Under the pieces are notes generated by a model. It saw only the letters and a list, made by a program, of their open reading frames with translations. It did not search any database and was not told the DNA's origin. From Candidatus Latescibacterota bacterium (GTDB lineage: Bacteria; Latescibacterota; UBA2968; UBA8231): DNA of 64,000 nucleotides. The first letter of the stretch is position 1. Each line of letters begins with the position of its first letter. The stretch is taken from the NCBI GenBank assembly GCA_965203175.1, contig OZ241867.1, positions 5,408,001 to 5,472,000 on the forward strand, given 5' to 3'. The translations under genes and the position numbers were made by a program. Below are positions 1 through 9,817 of the stretch, piece by piece.

Positions 1-312
1 CGTGGCCACTGCCATCATCGCAAAGATCGTCACCAATTCGCCGCGGCCAAACGCCCACTCCCGCCGCACCGCCCCCAAGCCCACCTGCACGGTCACCAAT
101 AGCACAAACAACAAGAAAAACGCCGCGGGCGTCGCCGACGAAAGCCCCAGTCGCGACCCTTGTATCACCATGCCCCCATAGGGCACGCCGATGGCGATAA
201 GAGCCGCCAAGAGGCCGCCGGTGAGTAGGGCGCGCCCCGTAGCACCCCGGCCCGTGGTCTGGTCTCGGCGCACTACGCGGCGACGATAGACAGCCGGTAT
301 TTGTCGGAGCAA
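1..312 (-). CDS. DUF6785-like polytopic membrane protein, paralog copy (5' part only; continues beyond the window start)
   Basis: Bases 1-312 align without gaps (offset 2229) to 2230-2541, the 5' end of the 654-aa gene. Same TTG start and AGGAAAGGA SD-like sequence. Not in the ORF track because it is truncated by the window. Confidence 0.85.
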   Translation of the reverse strand, partial: MLRQIPAVYRRRVVRRDQTTGRGATGRALLTGGLLAALIAIGVPYGGMVIQGSRLGLSSATPAAFFLLFVLLVTVQVGLGAVRREWAFGRGELVTIFAMMAVAT

Positions 313-415
313 GACCAGTCCTTTCCTAGCGCCGCCCCGACAATGTCTGATACGCTACCAAGGCCCTGTGGACATTCAACGAAGGTCTCTTACCGCACAG
401 GTCGAGGCTTCGGTC
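1..415. repeat. Direct repeat copy 1 (5' end of DUF6785-like gene plus ~100 bp upstream)
   Basis: Highly similar to 2230-2661. Similarity ends at GTCG(A/G)GGCTTCGGTC; small indels only in the non-coding part. Confidence 0.9.
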
Positions 416-439
416 AGTGAGGGCGGCTTCTAGGATATC

Positions 440-577
440 TGCGGCAATGGCGGCGAGCGCTTCCCACAGATAGGCCGCTAAGCTATAATCGACCCACAGA
501 CGATACGCGCGCTGCCCATCCTCGCCGCGCGGCAACACTCCGCAAGCCGCTCCAGCCACCTGCGTGTACACCATCAT
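440..577 (-). pseudogene. mgdD: C-terminal remnant of a sarcosine oxidase gamma / N-methylglutamate dehydrogenase subunit D (SoxG/MgdD-like)
   Basis: First ~46 aa of ORF 326..577 (YTQVAGAACGVLP...YRLWVDYSLAAYLWEALAAIA) fit the SoxG/MgdD C-terminal pattern. Same strand as the mgdABC operon, which lacks subunit D. Confidence 0.65.
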
Positions 578-2541
578 TAATACACCGGCAGGCTATTGCC
601 CACCGTCCCAATGAACCCATCTACGACGAGCCAGATCCCCGCAGTAACGATCTGGCCGAGAGCTATGCTGAGGAAGAAAGGCACGGTCTTTTGGTAGAGC
701 GCCGCGCCCCCAAAGCGGAGCACTAAGGTCTTGACGAACCAAGCGAGAAAAATCGCGAACCAGATATGATCCATGACCCAGGCCATGCTCGCGGCAAAGC
801 CCAAAGGATGCAGCGGCCACCAAGCCCAGTGGTTGCGCGCACCAATCAGCGCACTCATCAGCAGCGCACCGCCGCCGGTCCACAGCCAGCCAATGGCATC
901 CGGGCCGGTGGGATGGAGTAGTTTTTGCGCGGCGAACTTGGACGGCGCGGCGGCAAAGGTGGAAAAGTACTGTTGGTGGAGGTTGACGGCTCCGTGCGTA
1001 TAGGCCAAGCGCAGCGTGTACCAAGTCGACAGCACAAGGCTGATGAGCATGGCCGCGGCCAAACCCCACAGCAACCGGCGGCGATCCCCCGCCAACTCGC
1101 TGCCCAAGCGCAGACTATTGGCCAAGGGAGCGGTCATAAAAACCAGCAGATCGTTGAACCAGACAAAGGTATAGCCCAGCGCCACCACGCCCGGCGCACC
1201 CAAGGCCGGCACACCGACAGCACTGACGGTAAATCCAGCGGGAATCATACCCGAAGTAATAGTGGGAGTACCAGCCTCGGCGATGATGCGCGTCAGCGCG
1301 ACCAAAAGACCCAGTGCCACCACCACCACCAACGCGGCGGTCCACATTGGCAACCCGCTCTGCCACAGCCACAGCACCATGCCCGCCGTGCCCAAGACCA
1401 AACCGACGACGGAGAAGCGATAGGACGCCATTTCTCCTTCGTCTTTCCCAGGGTGCAAAAAGCGGCGTCCGACCTCGGCCAGATGAGCGCGGGCCGTCCA
1501 CAAACCATAAACGACGAGCACGGCGCAGGCCCCTATCATCTGGTGCCCCATCCCCGCCTCGGACCAGTACCCCAACTCGTCGGTGTGGTGCAAATGCAGG
1601 CTCTCGAGCAGGCCCTCTTGCAGGGCGTGGATCAGATAGAAAACCCAAAGGCTAAAGGAGAGTTGAACGCCAATGAGGTAGGCGAAACCGAGCATCAGGA
1701 AGTTGATGTTGAGGCGCAAGACAACCATCTCTCGCAGCAGCGACAGCTGCGTCCTCAGCACGGGCGAAGGTATGGCGGGGAAGTAGTGATGCAGGGCATC
1801 TAAACTGCCGAGGACAAAGGGAATGGCTAATCCCAGCCAGACGAGGCGCTGGCGGAAAAAGGGCGCGATCCGGCTTTCCTCTGCGCCTTGGACCATGGCC
1901 AGCGGCACTTGCGCTAAAGGATAGGCTAGCCGCTCGTTATCGACCCACTGGCGGCGCAGGATATTCATCAGGCATATCAAAGCCAGATAGAACGCCGTGT
2001 AGAACGCTAGCCAGCGCCCCAAGGGCACTAACCAGGCATCCCAAGGGATCGGCGCATCGCGTCCTGCACCCTCGTAGAAGGTCTTGATGGCGTCTATGTC
2101 TGCAACGACCATCCAGTCGGCCAAGTGGGGATGGATCAGCTCGGCCCATTGGTTTTCCGGGGTGGCGTAGTAGAAGGTGCCGGTAATCATCGGCAGCAGC
2201 ATCCCCACCACGCCGCGCGTGGGAATGGCCGTGGCCACCGCCATCATCGCAAAGATCGTCAGCAACTCGCCACGGCCAAACGCCCACTCCCGCCGCACCG
2301 CCCCCAAGCCCACCTGCACGGTCAGCAGCAGCACGAACAACAAGAAAAACGCCGCTGGCGTCGCCGACGAAAGCCCCAGCCGCGACCCTTGCATCACCAT
2401 GCCCCCATAGGGCACGCCGATGGCAATGAGAGCTGCCAAGAGGCCGCCTGTGAGCAGAGCGCGTCCCGTAGCACCCCGGCCCGTGGTCTGGTCGCGGCGC
2501 ACTACGCGCTGGCGATAGACAGCCGGTATTTGTCGGAGCAA
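577..2541 (-). CDS. DUF6785/DUF6784-like polytopic membrane protein (putative transporter)
   Basis: 654 aa with many TM helices. Motifs FYYATPENQW, ILRRQWVDNERLAYPLAQVP and WWPLHPLGF. Confidence 0.8.
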   Translation of the reverse strand: MLRQIPAVYRQRVVRRDQTTGRGATGRALLTGGLLAALIAIGVPYGGMVMQGSRLGLSSATPAAFFLLFVLLLTVQVGLGAVRREWAFGRGELLTIFAMMAVATAIPTRGVVGMLLPMITGTFYYATPENQWAELIHPHLADWMVVADIDAIKTFYEGAGRDAPIPWDAWLVPLGRWLAFYTAFYLALICLMNILRRQWVDNERLAYPLAQVPLAMVQGAEESRIAPFFRQRLVWLGLAIPFVLGSLDALHHYFPAIPSPVLRTQLSLLREMVVLRLNINFLMLGFAYLIGVQLSFSLWVFYLIHALQEGLLESLHLHHTDELGYWSEAGMGHQMIGACAVLVVYGLWTARAHLAEVGRRFLHPGKDEGEMASYRFSVVGLVLGTAGMVLWLWQSGLPMWTAALVVVVALGLLVALTRIIAEAGTPTITSGMIPAGFTVSAVGVPALGAPGVVALGYTFVWFNDLLVFMTAPLANSLRLGSELAGDRRRLLWGLAAAMLISLVLSTWYTLRLAYTHGAVNLHQQYFSTFAAAPSKFAAQKLLHPTGPDAIGWLWTGGGALLMSALIGARNHWAWWPLHPLGFAASMAWVMDHIWFAIFLAWFVKTLVLRFGGAALYQKTVPFFLSIALGQIVTAGIWLVVDGFIGTVGNSLPVY

Positions 2542-2661
2542 GACCAGTCCTTTCCTAGCGCCGCCCCAACAACGCCTGATACGCCACCAAGGCCCTGACT
2601 ACGTGGACATTCCGCGAAGGTCTCTTACCGTACATCGGGAGTTGGGGTCGGGGCTTCGGTC
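2230..2661. repeat. Direct repeat copy 2 (matches 1-415)
   Basis: Direct sequence comparison with 1-415. Confidence 0.9.
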
Positions 2662-2810
2662 GGCGGCGAGGGGATCGGCGCGGTAGCTAAAGAAGAGCAA
2701 TACAGCGCAGCGAGGATGGGTTTGGGTAAGGATAGGAAGGGCGGAAGAGAGAGGCAAATAGGGAGTGCGCGTTTGGAACCTTTGCCTATACTGTTTAGTC
2801 ATTTCAACGT

Positions 2811-5333
2811 ATGTTCCCACCAATAGTAATAGTCTGGTTCGCCTTCTTTCTCTTGGGATACTGCGCGGCTGATTCCCAGGCCGAGGTCGTGGTACAGGGC
2901 ATAGTGCTCGATGCGGAGACAGGCGAAACCCTGCCGCGGGCCAACATCGAGGTGGTGGGCCAAGCGTGGGGAACTATCGGCGATGGCAAGGGGGCCTTTC
3001 GGCTGGTGGTAGATGCGTTGCCGGTGACGCTCAGGGCGACGCACATAGGATACGCGCCCGTCGAGTTGCTGGTGGCCGAGGCCGGCCCTCTAGAATTCCG
3101 TTTGCAGCCGATACCCTTCGAGATAGAGGGCCTGATTATCAACGGCGGCGACCCAGCGGTGCGCATCATGCGCGAAGTGATCCGCCGCAAACGCGCGTGG
3201 GCACCGCTTGCGCACCGCTACCGGGTCGAGGCGCATACGCGGCAGGTCCTCTACAGCAATCAGTACATCGCGGCGATCCGCGAGAGCCTAGCCGAGCTGT
3301 ATCGAGATCGAGACAAAGGACTGCGCGAGCAGTTAAAGGCCAAAAAGCACACGGCCAACGTGAGCACTTCAATGCAGGTCTTTGCAGCGTCGAAGTATCT
3401 GTTCAACCTCTACGACGACGAAATCGCGCTCCACGGGCAGATTTTCACAGGGCCGACGCACCCGCAGGCACTGGAGCACTACTCTTTCCAACTAGTCGGC
3501 CACAAGGACGACCACTACTTCATCTCGATACAGCCAAAAACCAATGCCTTGCCCGGATGGACGGGCGCGCTGGTCGTCCAAGACGGCGAGTATGCCCTAG
3601 TGGAGGCACAGCTTTGGCCGAACCGCCGACTTCATCCGGTCGGTTTCTCAACGGAGAACGGGCTTGGCTACCGGCTCAAGCAGCACTTTGCCCGCTTCGC
3701 GCATGGAGCTTGGTTGCCGGTGGAGACCGAATACGAGATCGAAGGACGGTTGGGCACGACAACCGGCGGCGAACGCATCCGTCGCCTCCGCAGCGCGCCC
3801 ACGCCGCAGGCGCGGTTGCGCGGCTGGACCTGGCTCAAAGGCTATGAGTTCGACGCGCCGTCGGTCGATTATGCGTTCGCTATAGAACAAGCGCTCTTGG
3901 TCGAGCCGCACTCGCCGACCTGGGACAAGTTTCTAGACAAACGGCGAGCGGAGCGGCCCTTGACCCGCCGAGAAGCGCAGGCTTTTGCGGACTTACAACA
4001 AGGGTTCAAGCCGCTGGCCGAGCAGGCGGTCGCCGCACTCTACCGGCTCCACGAACAGCAGGTGGACGAGGAGGTGCCCGCCGCGATCAAGGAGGATCCG
4101 CTGGCGCGAAAAAGCTTGATCAACGACGAGCTCTTGCGCTATGTCGTCGCCGGGGCGACCGGGATCCACCTCGACACGAGCTTGACGTTCTTCGGCCAGC
4201 ACGTAGTAGAAATCCCAGCCGCGGTCAGGGGCAAGCTCACGCCGGAATTGTGGGTCAACCGCGTCGATGCACTGCATTTCGGCGCGCGCTGGCGCGGCAC
4301 CAACCTGCTCGGCCAGCGCACGGGGATCTACTTCAAGGGGGGCTACAACACCGGGCACGGGCGCTTCTTTGCCGGCGTGGGGTCAAAGCGGATCTGGGGT
4401 GCGGATGGCCGCAGCTTCACGGGCCTGTCCTATCAGCGCGGCACCGTTCCGCGCTATCCTTCGTCGCTCTATACACTCGCCGACAACAGCTATCCCTTTC
4501 TGCTCAGTCTCGACGACTACTTCGACTTCTACTGGCGGACCCGCTGGCGCGCCGAGGCGGGCTATCGCTTGGCGCAGCACAGCGTCCTGACACTGGCGTT
4601 CAATAGGGAACGGCATAGCAGCTTGCGCAAGGAGACAGACTTCAGCTTCTGCCGCACGCAGTCCAAAGGCAGTTATGTATATAAGTACCTCTGCGCCGAC
4701 CGGGACCTGACCTACAGGGATAATCCCCCAATCCGCGCGGGGCGCATGACGTCGCTGGAGCTAGTGCTCGACCTAGGGGGACTCGACCCCAAGGCGTGGC
4801 ATCGCACCCGGCTCGCGGCCGAGTACAGCGACGAATGGCTGGGGAGCTTTGCCCGTTTTGTTCGCCTAGATGCCCGGCTCGACTGGCACGTCGAGCCAGC
4901 GCAGGGCAGGCTCTGGCCGGCCGAGTCCAACTATCGGCTCCAGGCCGGTGCGGGTCTTGGTCAGGTGCCGATTCAGCGCTACGGGACCCTAGATGCTGGT
5001 CTGGTGATCGTCGCCCCCTTTGGCACATTTAAAACCCTGCGCAACCGCCCATACACAGGCCAGCACTATGCGGGATTTTTCTGGGAACAGCGCTGGCGAA
5101 CCGGCCTCTTCGAGCGGTTGGGGCTAGGGTGGCGCGCCCAGCGCTGGGGATTAGGTTGGGCACTGCACGGGGCTGCGGGCCGAGTTTGGGACCTTGCCGA
5201 GGACCCACCTACACGCCTCCACCACGAACTCGGCTTATCGCTGACCCTGCTCGATTATCTCAATGTAGAATACACCCGCAGACTAGATCGCCAAGGGAAG
5301 TACTGGAGTCTGAGCGCGAAGAAGGCATTTTGA
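2811..5333 (+). CDS. Outer-membrane protein with carboxypeptidase-regulatory-like domain and DUF5686-like barrel
   Basis: Signal peptide; VQGIVLDAETGETLPRANI...THIGY domain; DPAVRIMREVIRRK; NRVDALHFG; C-terminal Phe. Confidence 0.75.
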   Translation: MFPPIVIVWFAFFLLGYCAADSQAEVVVQGIVLDAETGETLPRANIEVVGQAWGTIGDGKGAFRLVVDALPVTLRATHIGYAPVELLVAEAGPLEFRLQPIPFEIEGLIINGGDPAVRIMREVIRRKRAWAPLAHRYRVEAHTRQVLYSNQYIAAIRESLAELYRDRDKGLREQLKAKKHTANVSTSMQVFAASKYLFNLYDDEIALHGQIFTGPTHPQALEHYSFQLVGHKDDHYFISIQPKTNALPGWTGALVVQDGEYALVEAQLWPNRRLHPVGFSTENGLGYRLKQHFARFAHGAWLPVETEYEIEGRLGTTTGGERIRRLRSAPTPQARLRGWTWLKGYEFDAPSVDYAFAIEQALLVEPHSPTWDKFLDKRRAERPLTRREAQAFADLQQGFKPLAEQAVAALYRLHEQQVDEEVPAAIKEDPLARKSLINDELLRYVVAGATGIHLDTSLTFFGQHVVEIPAAVRGKLTPELWVNRVDALHFGARWRGTNLLGQRTGIYFKGGYNTGHGRFFAGVGSKRIWGADGRSFTGLSYQRGTVPRYPSSLYTLADNSYPFLLSLDDYFDFYWRTRWRAEAGYRLAQHSVLTLAFNRERHSSLRKETDFSFCRTQSKGSYVYKYLCADRDLTYRDNPPIRAGRMTSLELVLDLGGLDPKAWHRTRLAAEYSDEWLGSFARFVRLDARLDWHVEPAQGRLWPAESNYRLQAGAGLGQVPIQRYGTLDAGLVIVAPFGTFKTLRNRPYTGQHYAGFFWEQRWRTGLFERLGLGWRAQRWGLGWALHGAAGRVWDLAEDPPTRLHHELGLSLTLLDYLNVEYTRRLDRQGKYWSLSAKKAF

Positions 5334-5413
5334 GAGGGCCAGTTGTACTGACTAACGACAGAGTCTTTACTTTTTGTGGACGCGCTTGCTAATATCGAAG
5401 AGTATCTAGCCTC

Positions 5414-8290
5414 TCACAGCTTCTGCCGCTCGTCCTCGGGGTCGTAAAAGGGCAGCGCAGTCACCTCCGCTACACTCGTCGAGCCGTCGTCCAAGCGCAC
5501 TTCTACCCGCGAGCCGGGCGCAGCCATATCCGCTTCGACGAAGGCCAAGCCCAGCGGATAACCCAGCGTCGAGACCGGGGCGATGCTCGTTATGCGGCCG
5601 GCGATCCACCCGTTCCGCATGATCAAGTTGCACTCCTCGGGCAGCTTGCCGGCAAAATTAGCGGGCCACCGCACGCCGACGAGCGTGCGCCGAACTGGGC
5701 GCGCGGCGTAGGTTTGCAGGCTGCGCTGGCCGACGAAGAAGCGCTTGTTCTTGCCAATGGCCCACGCCAACCCCGCCTCTTGGGGATACGTCAGCGCGTC
5801 CGTGTCGTGGCCGACGATCAGGTGCCCTTTTTCCAAGCGCAACAGGCGCTGCGCCTCCACCCCAAAGGGCCGCGCACCGGCTTCCACCAGCGTCCGCCAT
5901 ACGTGCTCTCCCTCCCAAGCCGGCACGTGAATCTCATACCCCAGTTCGCCGACAAAACCCACCCGCATCACCAACGCCCGCACCCCGGCTACCTCGCCCT
6001 CGCGCACCCGCAGATAGGAGAAAGGTCCCGACCTCAGATCGATGTCTGTCAACTCCGCCAGCGCGTCGCGGCTTTCCGGACCAGCTAAATTGAACGCCGC
6101 CAGTTGACCCGTGACATTGCTCAAGGTCACGTCCAAGCCCCAGATTGCGGCCCAGCGCAGCATCTCGCGGTAAAAGGCCGCCGCGCCGCTGCTAGTCGTG
6201 GTCGCATAGAAGCGGTCTTCGGCCAACCGCGCAATCACCCCGTCCTCAATCACGACCCCGCTCTCGTCGAGCGCCACGCCATAGCGACAGCGGCCGACCG
6301 CCAGCTTCTTAAAGCGGCCAGTATAGAGACGCTCAAGTAGCTCGACAGCGTCCGGGCCGCTGACCTGCAATTTGCCCAGCGTGCTCACGTCGATGATCCC
6401 CAGACCAGCCCGCACCTGTTGCGCCTCCTGCACAATGCGCTCGTCGCGGCTGGCATTGCCGAGAGCATAGTATTCGGGCCGATACCAGTCGCCAGCGTGG
6501 GCAAAGACCGCGCCGTGCTCGCAATGCCAATCGTGGATCGGCGTCCGACGCATCGGGTGGAAGCGCCGGCCGGCCAAATGCCCCAGCGGCACCGACTGGT
6601 AGAAGGGACGGGCGGTCGTCGAGCCGGTCGCGGCAATGGTATCGCCGTTGAGTTTGGCCAAGATCCGCATCGCGTTCATGTTGGACAGCTTGCCTTGGCT
6701 CGGCCCCATCCCCACGGTGCTGTAGCGCTTGAGCAGTTCGACGCTGTCATAGCCCTCTTGGTGCGCATTGACAAAATCCGTCAAATGCAAATCCTCGTCG
6801 AAATCCACGAAATTCTTTTTGCTCGGATGGGCAAAAATCGGATAGCTGTGGCTGGGGGCTTCTCTCCCAAGCAGCGGAGGCGCGGGCACTTCGCCGTCGC
6901 CGTGGCCGGCGTAGTGCGCGGCCCTAAGCCCGGCGACCCGCCCGTCTTCCCGCTGCGCGTCTAGGTCGTACACCCCGCGACCGCGCCCAGCGACAAAGAC
7001 CCCGTCTGGACACGATTGCGGCACGAGTTGCTCCAGCGCCTCGTCGTACGCGAATTGCACTCCCGCTTGACTGGGCAGCGCGGCATTGGGCATCCAGCCA
7101 ACCGACGCGACAAGGCCGTCGCAGGCGATCTCGGTGCCGCGCTGGGCATCTATGGTGCCGTCTGCGGCTAGCGGGGCCACCACTGCGCCGCGCAGGCCAT
7201 TCTTCTGCCTATTCGGCATGGCCGCATAGATCGCGCAGCTGCTGTGGATCGGCACCCCGGCAGCAGCGATTTTTTTCGCTAGGGCCGACGGAGTCGCATC
7301 GGGACGCAAATCGGCAATAGCCGCCACCTCGACCCCTGCGTCGAGCATGTCCAACGCCACCCCGTACGCATCGCTATTGGCCGCTAGCACCACCATGCGG
7401 TCGCAAGGTTTGACTGCGTACAACTTCACCAACCGCTGGGCCGCCGACCCGAGCAGCACGCCCGGCAGGTCGTTGTGCCCAAAGACGGCGGGCTGCTCGA
7501 TCGCGCCGTTGGCATAGACGACAGCCGCAGCGCGCACCTTGGTCATCCGCACCGCGTCGAACAGGGCGACCCATCCGTCGGCGTAATGGCCACCGGCCAC
7601 CGTCCCACAGCGGATCTCCACACGGGGCAACTCAGCGAGCACCTCGACCAGCTCGTCGCAGTCCCCACCGTGCTGCCACGCCCAACTCCCCCCCAGACGC
7701 GCCTGTTCTTCGACCAACAAGACCCTAGCACCTGCTTCTCCCGCAGTCCTAGCCGCCTCCAACCCAGCCGCACCGCCACCCACAACCAGCACGTCACACC
7801 AAGCGTATTCCTTAGGGCTAGCCGTGGCCGCTTGGTCGCGATTGATCTGACCCAAGCCCGCTATCTGGCGAATGATCCGCTCGTGGAAAGGGAAAAGCCA
7901 CTGGGGGTGGTGAAATGTCTTGTAGTAAAAACCCACCGGCATGAAGCGGCCCAAAATCTCCAGCCACTTGAGCAGATCGCCTTTCAGCCCGCCGATGGTG
8001 TTGACGGCCCGCAGGTCCATGCCCGCGGCCAACGGCTCGCTATCGCCGCGCAGATGCGTGCGCTCGCCGTCTGTAAACAGCGCGTTGGCATCGTGACCAG
8101 CCAAGCTGTACGGCCCGCGCGGCCGGTGGTACTTGAAGCTGCGCCCCATCGTCTGCACACCATTGGCCAAGAGCGCAGTGGCGATCACATCGCCGGCAAA
8201 GCCGCTGAACTTTTCGCCCTCAAAGCGAAATTCAAGCGGCTGCGTCCGGTCAATCCACTCCCCAGGCTGTGCGGACAGGCGGCGCTTCAC
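5414..8290 (-). CDS. mgdC: N-methylglutamate dehydrogenase subunit C (sarcosine oxidase alpha-like)
   Basis: GRSFKYHRPRG, GGGAAG, KRYSTVGMGPSQGK and GcvT-like C-terminus (VGFVGELGYEI, LRLEKG). Start moved to GTG 8290 (GTGA overlap with mgdB stop, GGAGG upstream). Confidence 0.9.
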   Translation of the reverse strand: MKRRLSAQPGEWIDRTQPLEFRFEGEKFSGFAGDVIATALLANGVQTMGRSFKYHRPRGPYSLAGHDANALFTDGERTHLRGDSEPLAAGMDLRAVNTIGGLKGDLLKWLEILGRFMPVGFYYKTFHHPQWLFPFHERIIRQIAGLGQINRDQAATASPKEYAWCDVLVVGGGAAGLEAARTAGEAGARVLLVEEQARLGGSWAWQHGGDCDELVEVLAELPRVEIRCGTVAGGHYADGWVALFDAVRMTKVRAAAVVYANGAIEQPAVFGHNDLPGVLLGSAAQRLVKLYAVKPCDRMVVLAANSDAYGVALDMLDAGVEVAAIADLRPDATPSALAKKIAAAGVPIHSSCAIYAAMPNRQKNGLRGAVVAPLAADGTIDAQRGTEIACDGLVASVGWMPNAALPSQAGVQFAYDEALEQLVPQSCPDGVFVAGRGRGVYDLDAQREDGRVAGLRAAHYAGHGDGEVPAPPLLGREAPSHSYPIFAHPSKKNFVDFDEDLHLTDFVNAHQEGYDSVELLKRYSTVGMGPSQGKLSNMNAMRILAKLNGDTIAATGSTTARPFYQSVPLGHLAGRRFHPMRRTPIHDWHCEHGAVFAHAGDWYRPEYYALGNASRDERIVQEAQQVRAGLGIIDVSTLGKLQVSGPDAVELLERLYTGRFKKLAVGRCRYGVALDESGVVIEDGVIARLAEDRFYATTTSSGAAAFYREMLRWAAIWGLDVTLSNVTGQLAAFNLAGPESRDALAELTDIDLRSGPFSYLRVREGEVAGVRALVMRVGFVGELGYEIHVPAWEGEHVWRTLVEAGARPFGVEAQRLLRLEKGHLIVGHDTDALTYPQEAGLAWAIGKNKRFFVGQRSLQTYAARPVRRTLVGVRWPANFAGKLPEECNLIMRNGWIAGRITSIAPVSTLGYPLGLAFVEADMAAPGSRVEVRLDDGSTSVAEVTALPFYDPEDERQKL

Positions 8291-8550
8291 GCTTGGTCCT
8301 CCTCGCCCCACAAATAGGTGCGGACGATCTCGTCGCTAGCCGTGTCGCGCTCGGCGATAAACCAAGTGCTGCTAGCGCTGTGGTACCACCACTCGCGCTG
8401 GATGCCTGGCTCGCCGCAGCGGTTGAACACGTAGTCGGCCCACGCAGCGTCATCCGCTTTCTTAGGATCGGGCATGGGGCGCACCTCGCCGCCGAAGACG
8501 AATTCTGAGAGTGGGCGCGGCCCGTTGATTGGGCAGATGAGGATTTTCAC
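8287..8550 (-). CDS. mgdB: N-methylglutamate dehydrogenase subunit B (sarcosine oxidase delta-like)
   Basis: CPINGPRPLSEFVFGGE, EWWYH, ERDT; operon position. Confidence 0.9.
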   Translation of the reverse strand: MKILICPINGPRPLSEFVFGGEVRPMPDPKKADDAAWADYVFNRCGEPGIQREWWYHSASSTWFIAERDTASDEIVRTYLWGEEDQA

Positions 8551-8568
8551 AGTCGTCCCCTTGCGTCA

Positions 8569-9813
8569 TTAGTGGCCAACGGACGCCGCTCCCTTCTCCC
8601 CGACCAACTCAAACGCACCAAAGCGCGACAGATTAAAAGCGCGGATCAGCGGATGATCCTCGTCGTGGGCGATGGTATGGGCCATGGTGTAACCGCAGAC
8701 CGGCGAGGCCTTAAAGCCCCAGGTGCCCCAACCCGCGTCGATGTAAAAGCCCACAATCGGCGTCGTGCCCATGATCGGCGAGAAGTCCGGGGTCATGTCG
8801 CACAATCCAGCCCATTGGCGCAGCACCTTGACGTCGCTCAAGCAGGGAAAGAGGTCGAGCATGTGCCCGGCCAACCCCTCGGCAAAGTCGAGCGTCGAGC
8901 GCATGGACGTCAGCTCGTAGGGATCCAAAGAGGCACCAGCGACCAACTCGCCGCGCGAGGATTGGCTGACGTACGTGTGCAGGCTGGCCGATACGACAAT
9001 CGCGTCGAGCCACGGCTTGAACGGCTCGGTGACAAACGCCTGCAGTGGATGTACCACCAGCGGCGAGCGCAAGCCGACCATCTGCTGTATCTGCGGCGTC
9101 CAGCCCGCCACCGCGCTGAGCACCTTGCGCGTCTGGATAAAACCGCGATCCGTGTGTACGCCCGCGACCCGACCGTCCTCAACTTCAATGTCGGTGACAC
9201 TGGTCTGCTGGTGGATTTCAACGCCGTTGCTGTCGGCCCCGCGCGCATAGGCCCACGCCACGGCATCGTGGCGGGCAATGGCCCCCGGCGGATGGTAGAG
9301 CGCGCCGACGATGGGCGGCTGGTGCCCGCCGCAGTTCAGGTCGATCTCGGGGATGGTCTTCTTGATGAACTCCGGGCCGACGACCTCGGAGTTGATGCCG
9401 AGGTGCTTGTTGACCTCGGCGCGCCAGCGCTGGGTGCGCAGCGCGGCCGGCGTGTGCGCCAAAGTGAAGTGGCCGCGCTCGGAATAGAACAGATTGTAGT
9501 CGAGCTTCCGCGACAAATCGCGGTACAGATCCACGCTGAATTGGTAAAAGCGCGCACCCTCTTCCGTCAGGTAATTCGAGCGGATGATGGCGGTATTGCG
9601 GCCGGTCCCGCCGTGGCCGATGTAGCGCTGTTCTAGCACGGCCACATCGCGGATGCCGTGCTCGTGGGCGAGATAGTGCGCCGCAGCTAGCCCGTGGCCG
9701 CCGCCGCCGATGATCACTACTTCATAGCTATCGCGCAACCGCTCGGGCGAGCGGAACATGCGCGGCTCAGAGTAATCCTTCTCGAAACCGTATTTGAGCA
9801 ACCGATAAGGCAT
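8569..9813 (-). CDS. mgdA: N-methylglutamate dehydrogenase subunit A (sarcosine oxidase beta-like, FAD)
   Basis: IIGGGGHGLA, GRNTAIIRSNY, GWGTWGFKA, GEKGAASVGH. Confidence 0.92.
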   Translation of the reverse strand: MPYRLLKYGFEKDYSEPRMFRSPERLRDSYEVVIIGGGGHGLAAAHYLAHEHGIRDVAVLEQRYIGHGGTGRNTAIIRSNYLTEEGARFYQFSVDLYRDLSRKLDYNLFYSERGHFTLAHTPAALRTQRWRAEVNKHLGINSEVVGPEFIKKTIPEIDLNCGGHQPPIVGALYHPPGAIARHDAVAWAYARGADSNGVEIHQQTSVTDIEVEDGRVAGVHTDRGFIQTRKVLSAVAGWTPQIQQMVGLRSPLVVHPLQAFVTEPFKPWLDAIVVSASLHTYVSQSSRGELVAGASLDPYELTSMRSTLDFAEGLAGHMLDLFPCLSDVKVLRQWAGLCDMTPDFSPIMGTTPIVGFYIDAGWGTWGFKASPVCGYTMAHTIAHDEDHPLIRAFNLSRFGAFELVGEKGAASVGH

Positions 9814-9817
9814 AGCC

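Noticed and set aside
5406-5633. 75-aa minus ORF as a possible mgdD
   Set aside because: It lies almost wholly within mgdC in another frame and has no SoxG features.
8572-9636. 354-aa plus-strand ORF and similar long overlapping ORFs (925..1803, 2966..3847, 7475..8317, 10157..11122, 41967..42872, 43139..43876)
   Set aside because: They overlap well-supported genes in another frame or strand and have Arg/Ala/Pro-rich shadow composition.
5414-9813. Annotation as ordinary sarcosine oxidase soxBDA
   Set aside because: The subunits are homologous, but co-transcription with mgsABC and gmaS favours N-methylglutamate dehydrogenase.
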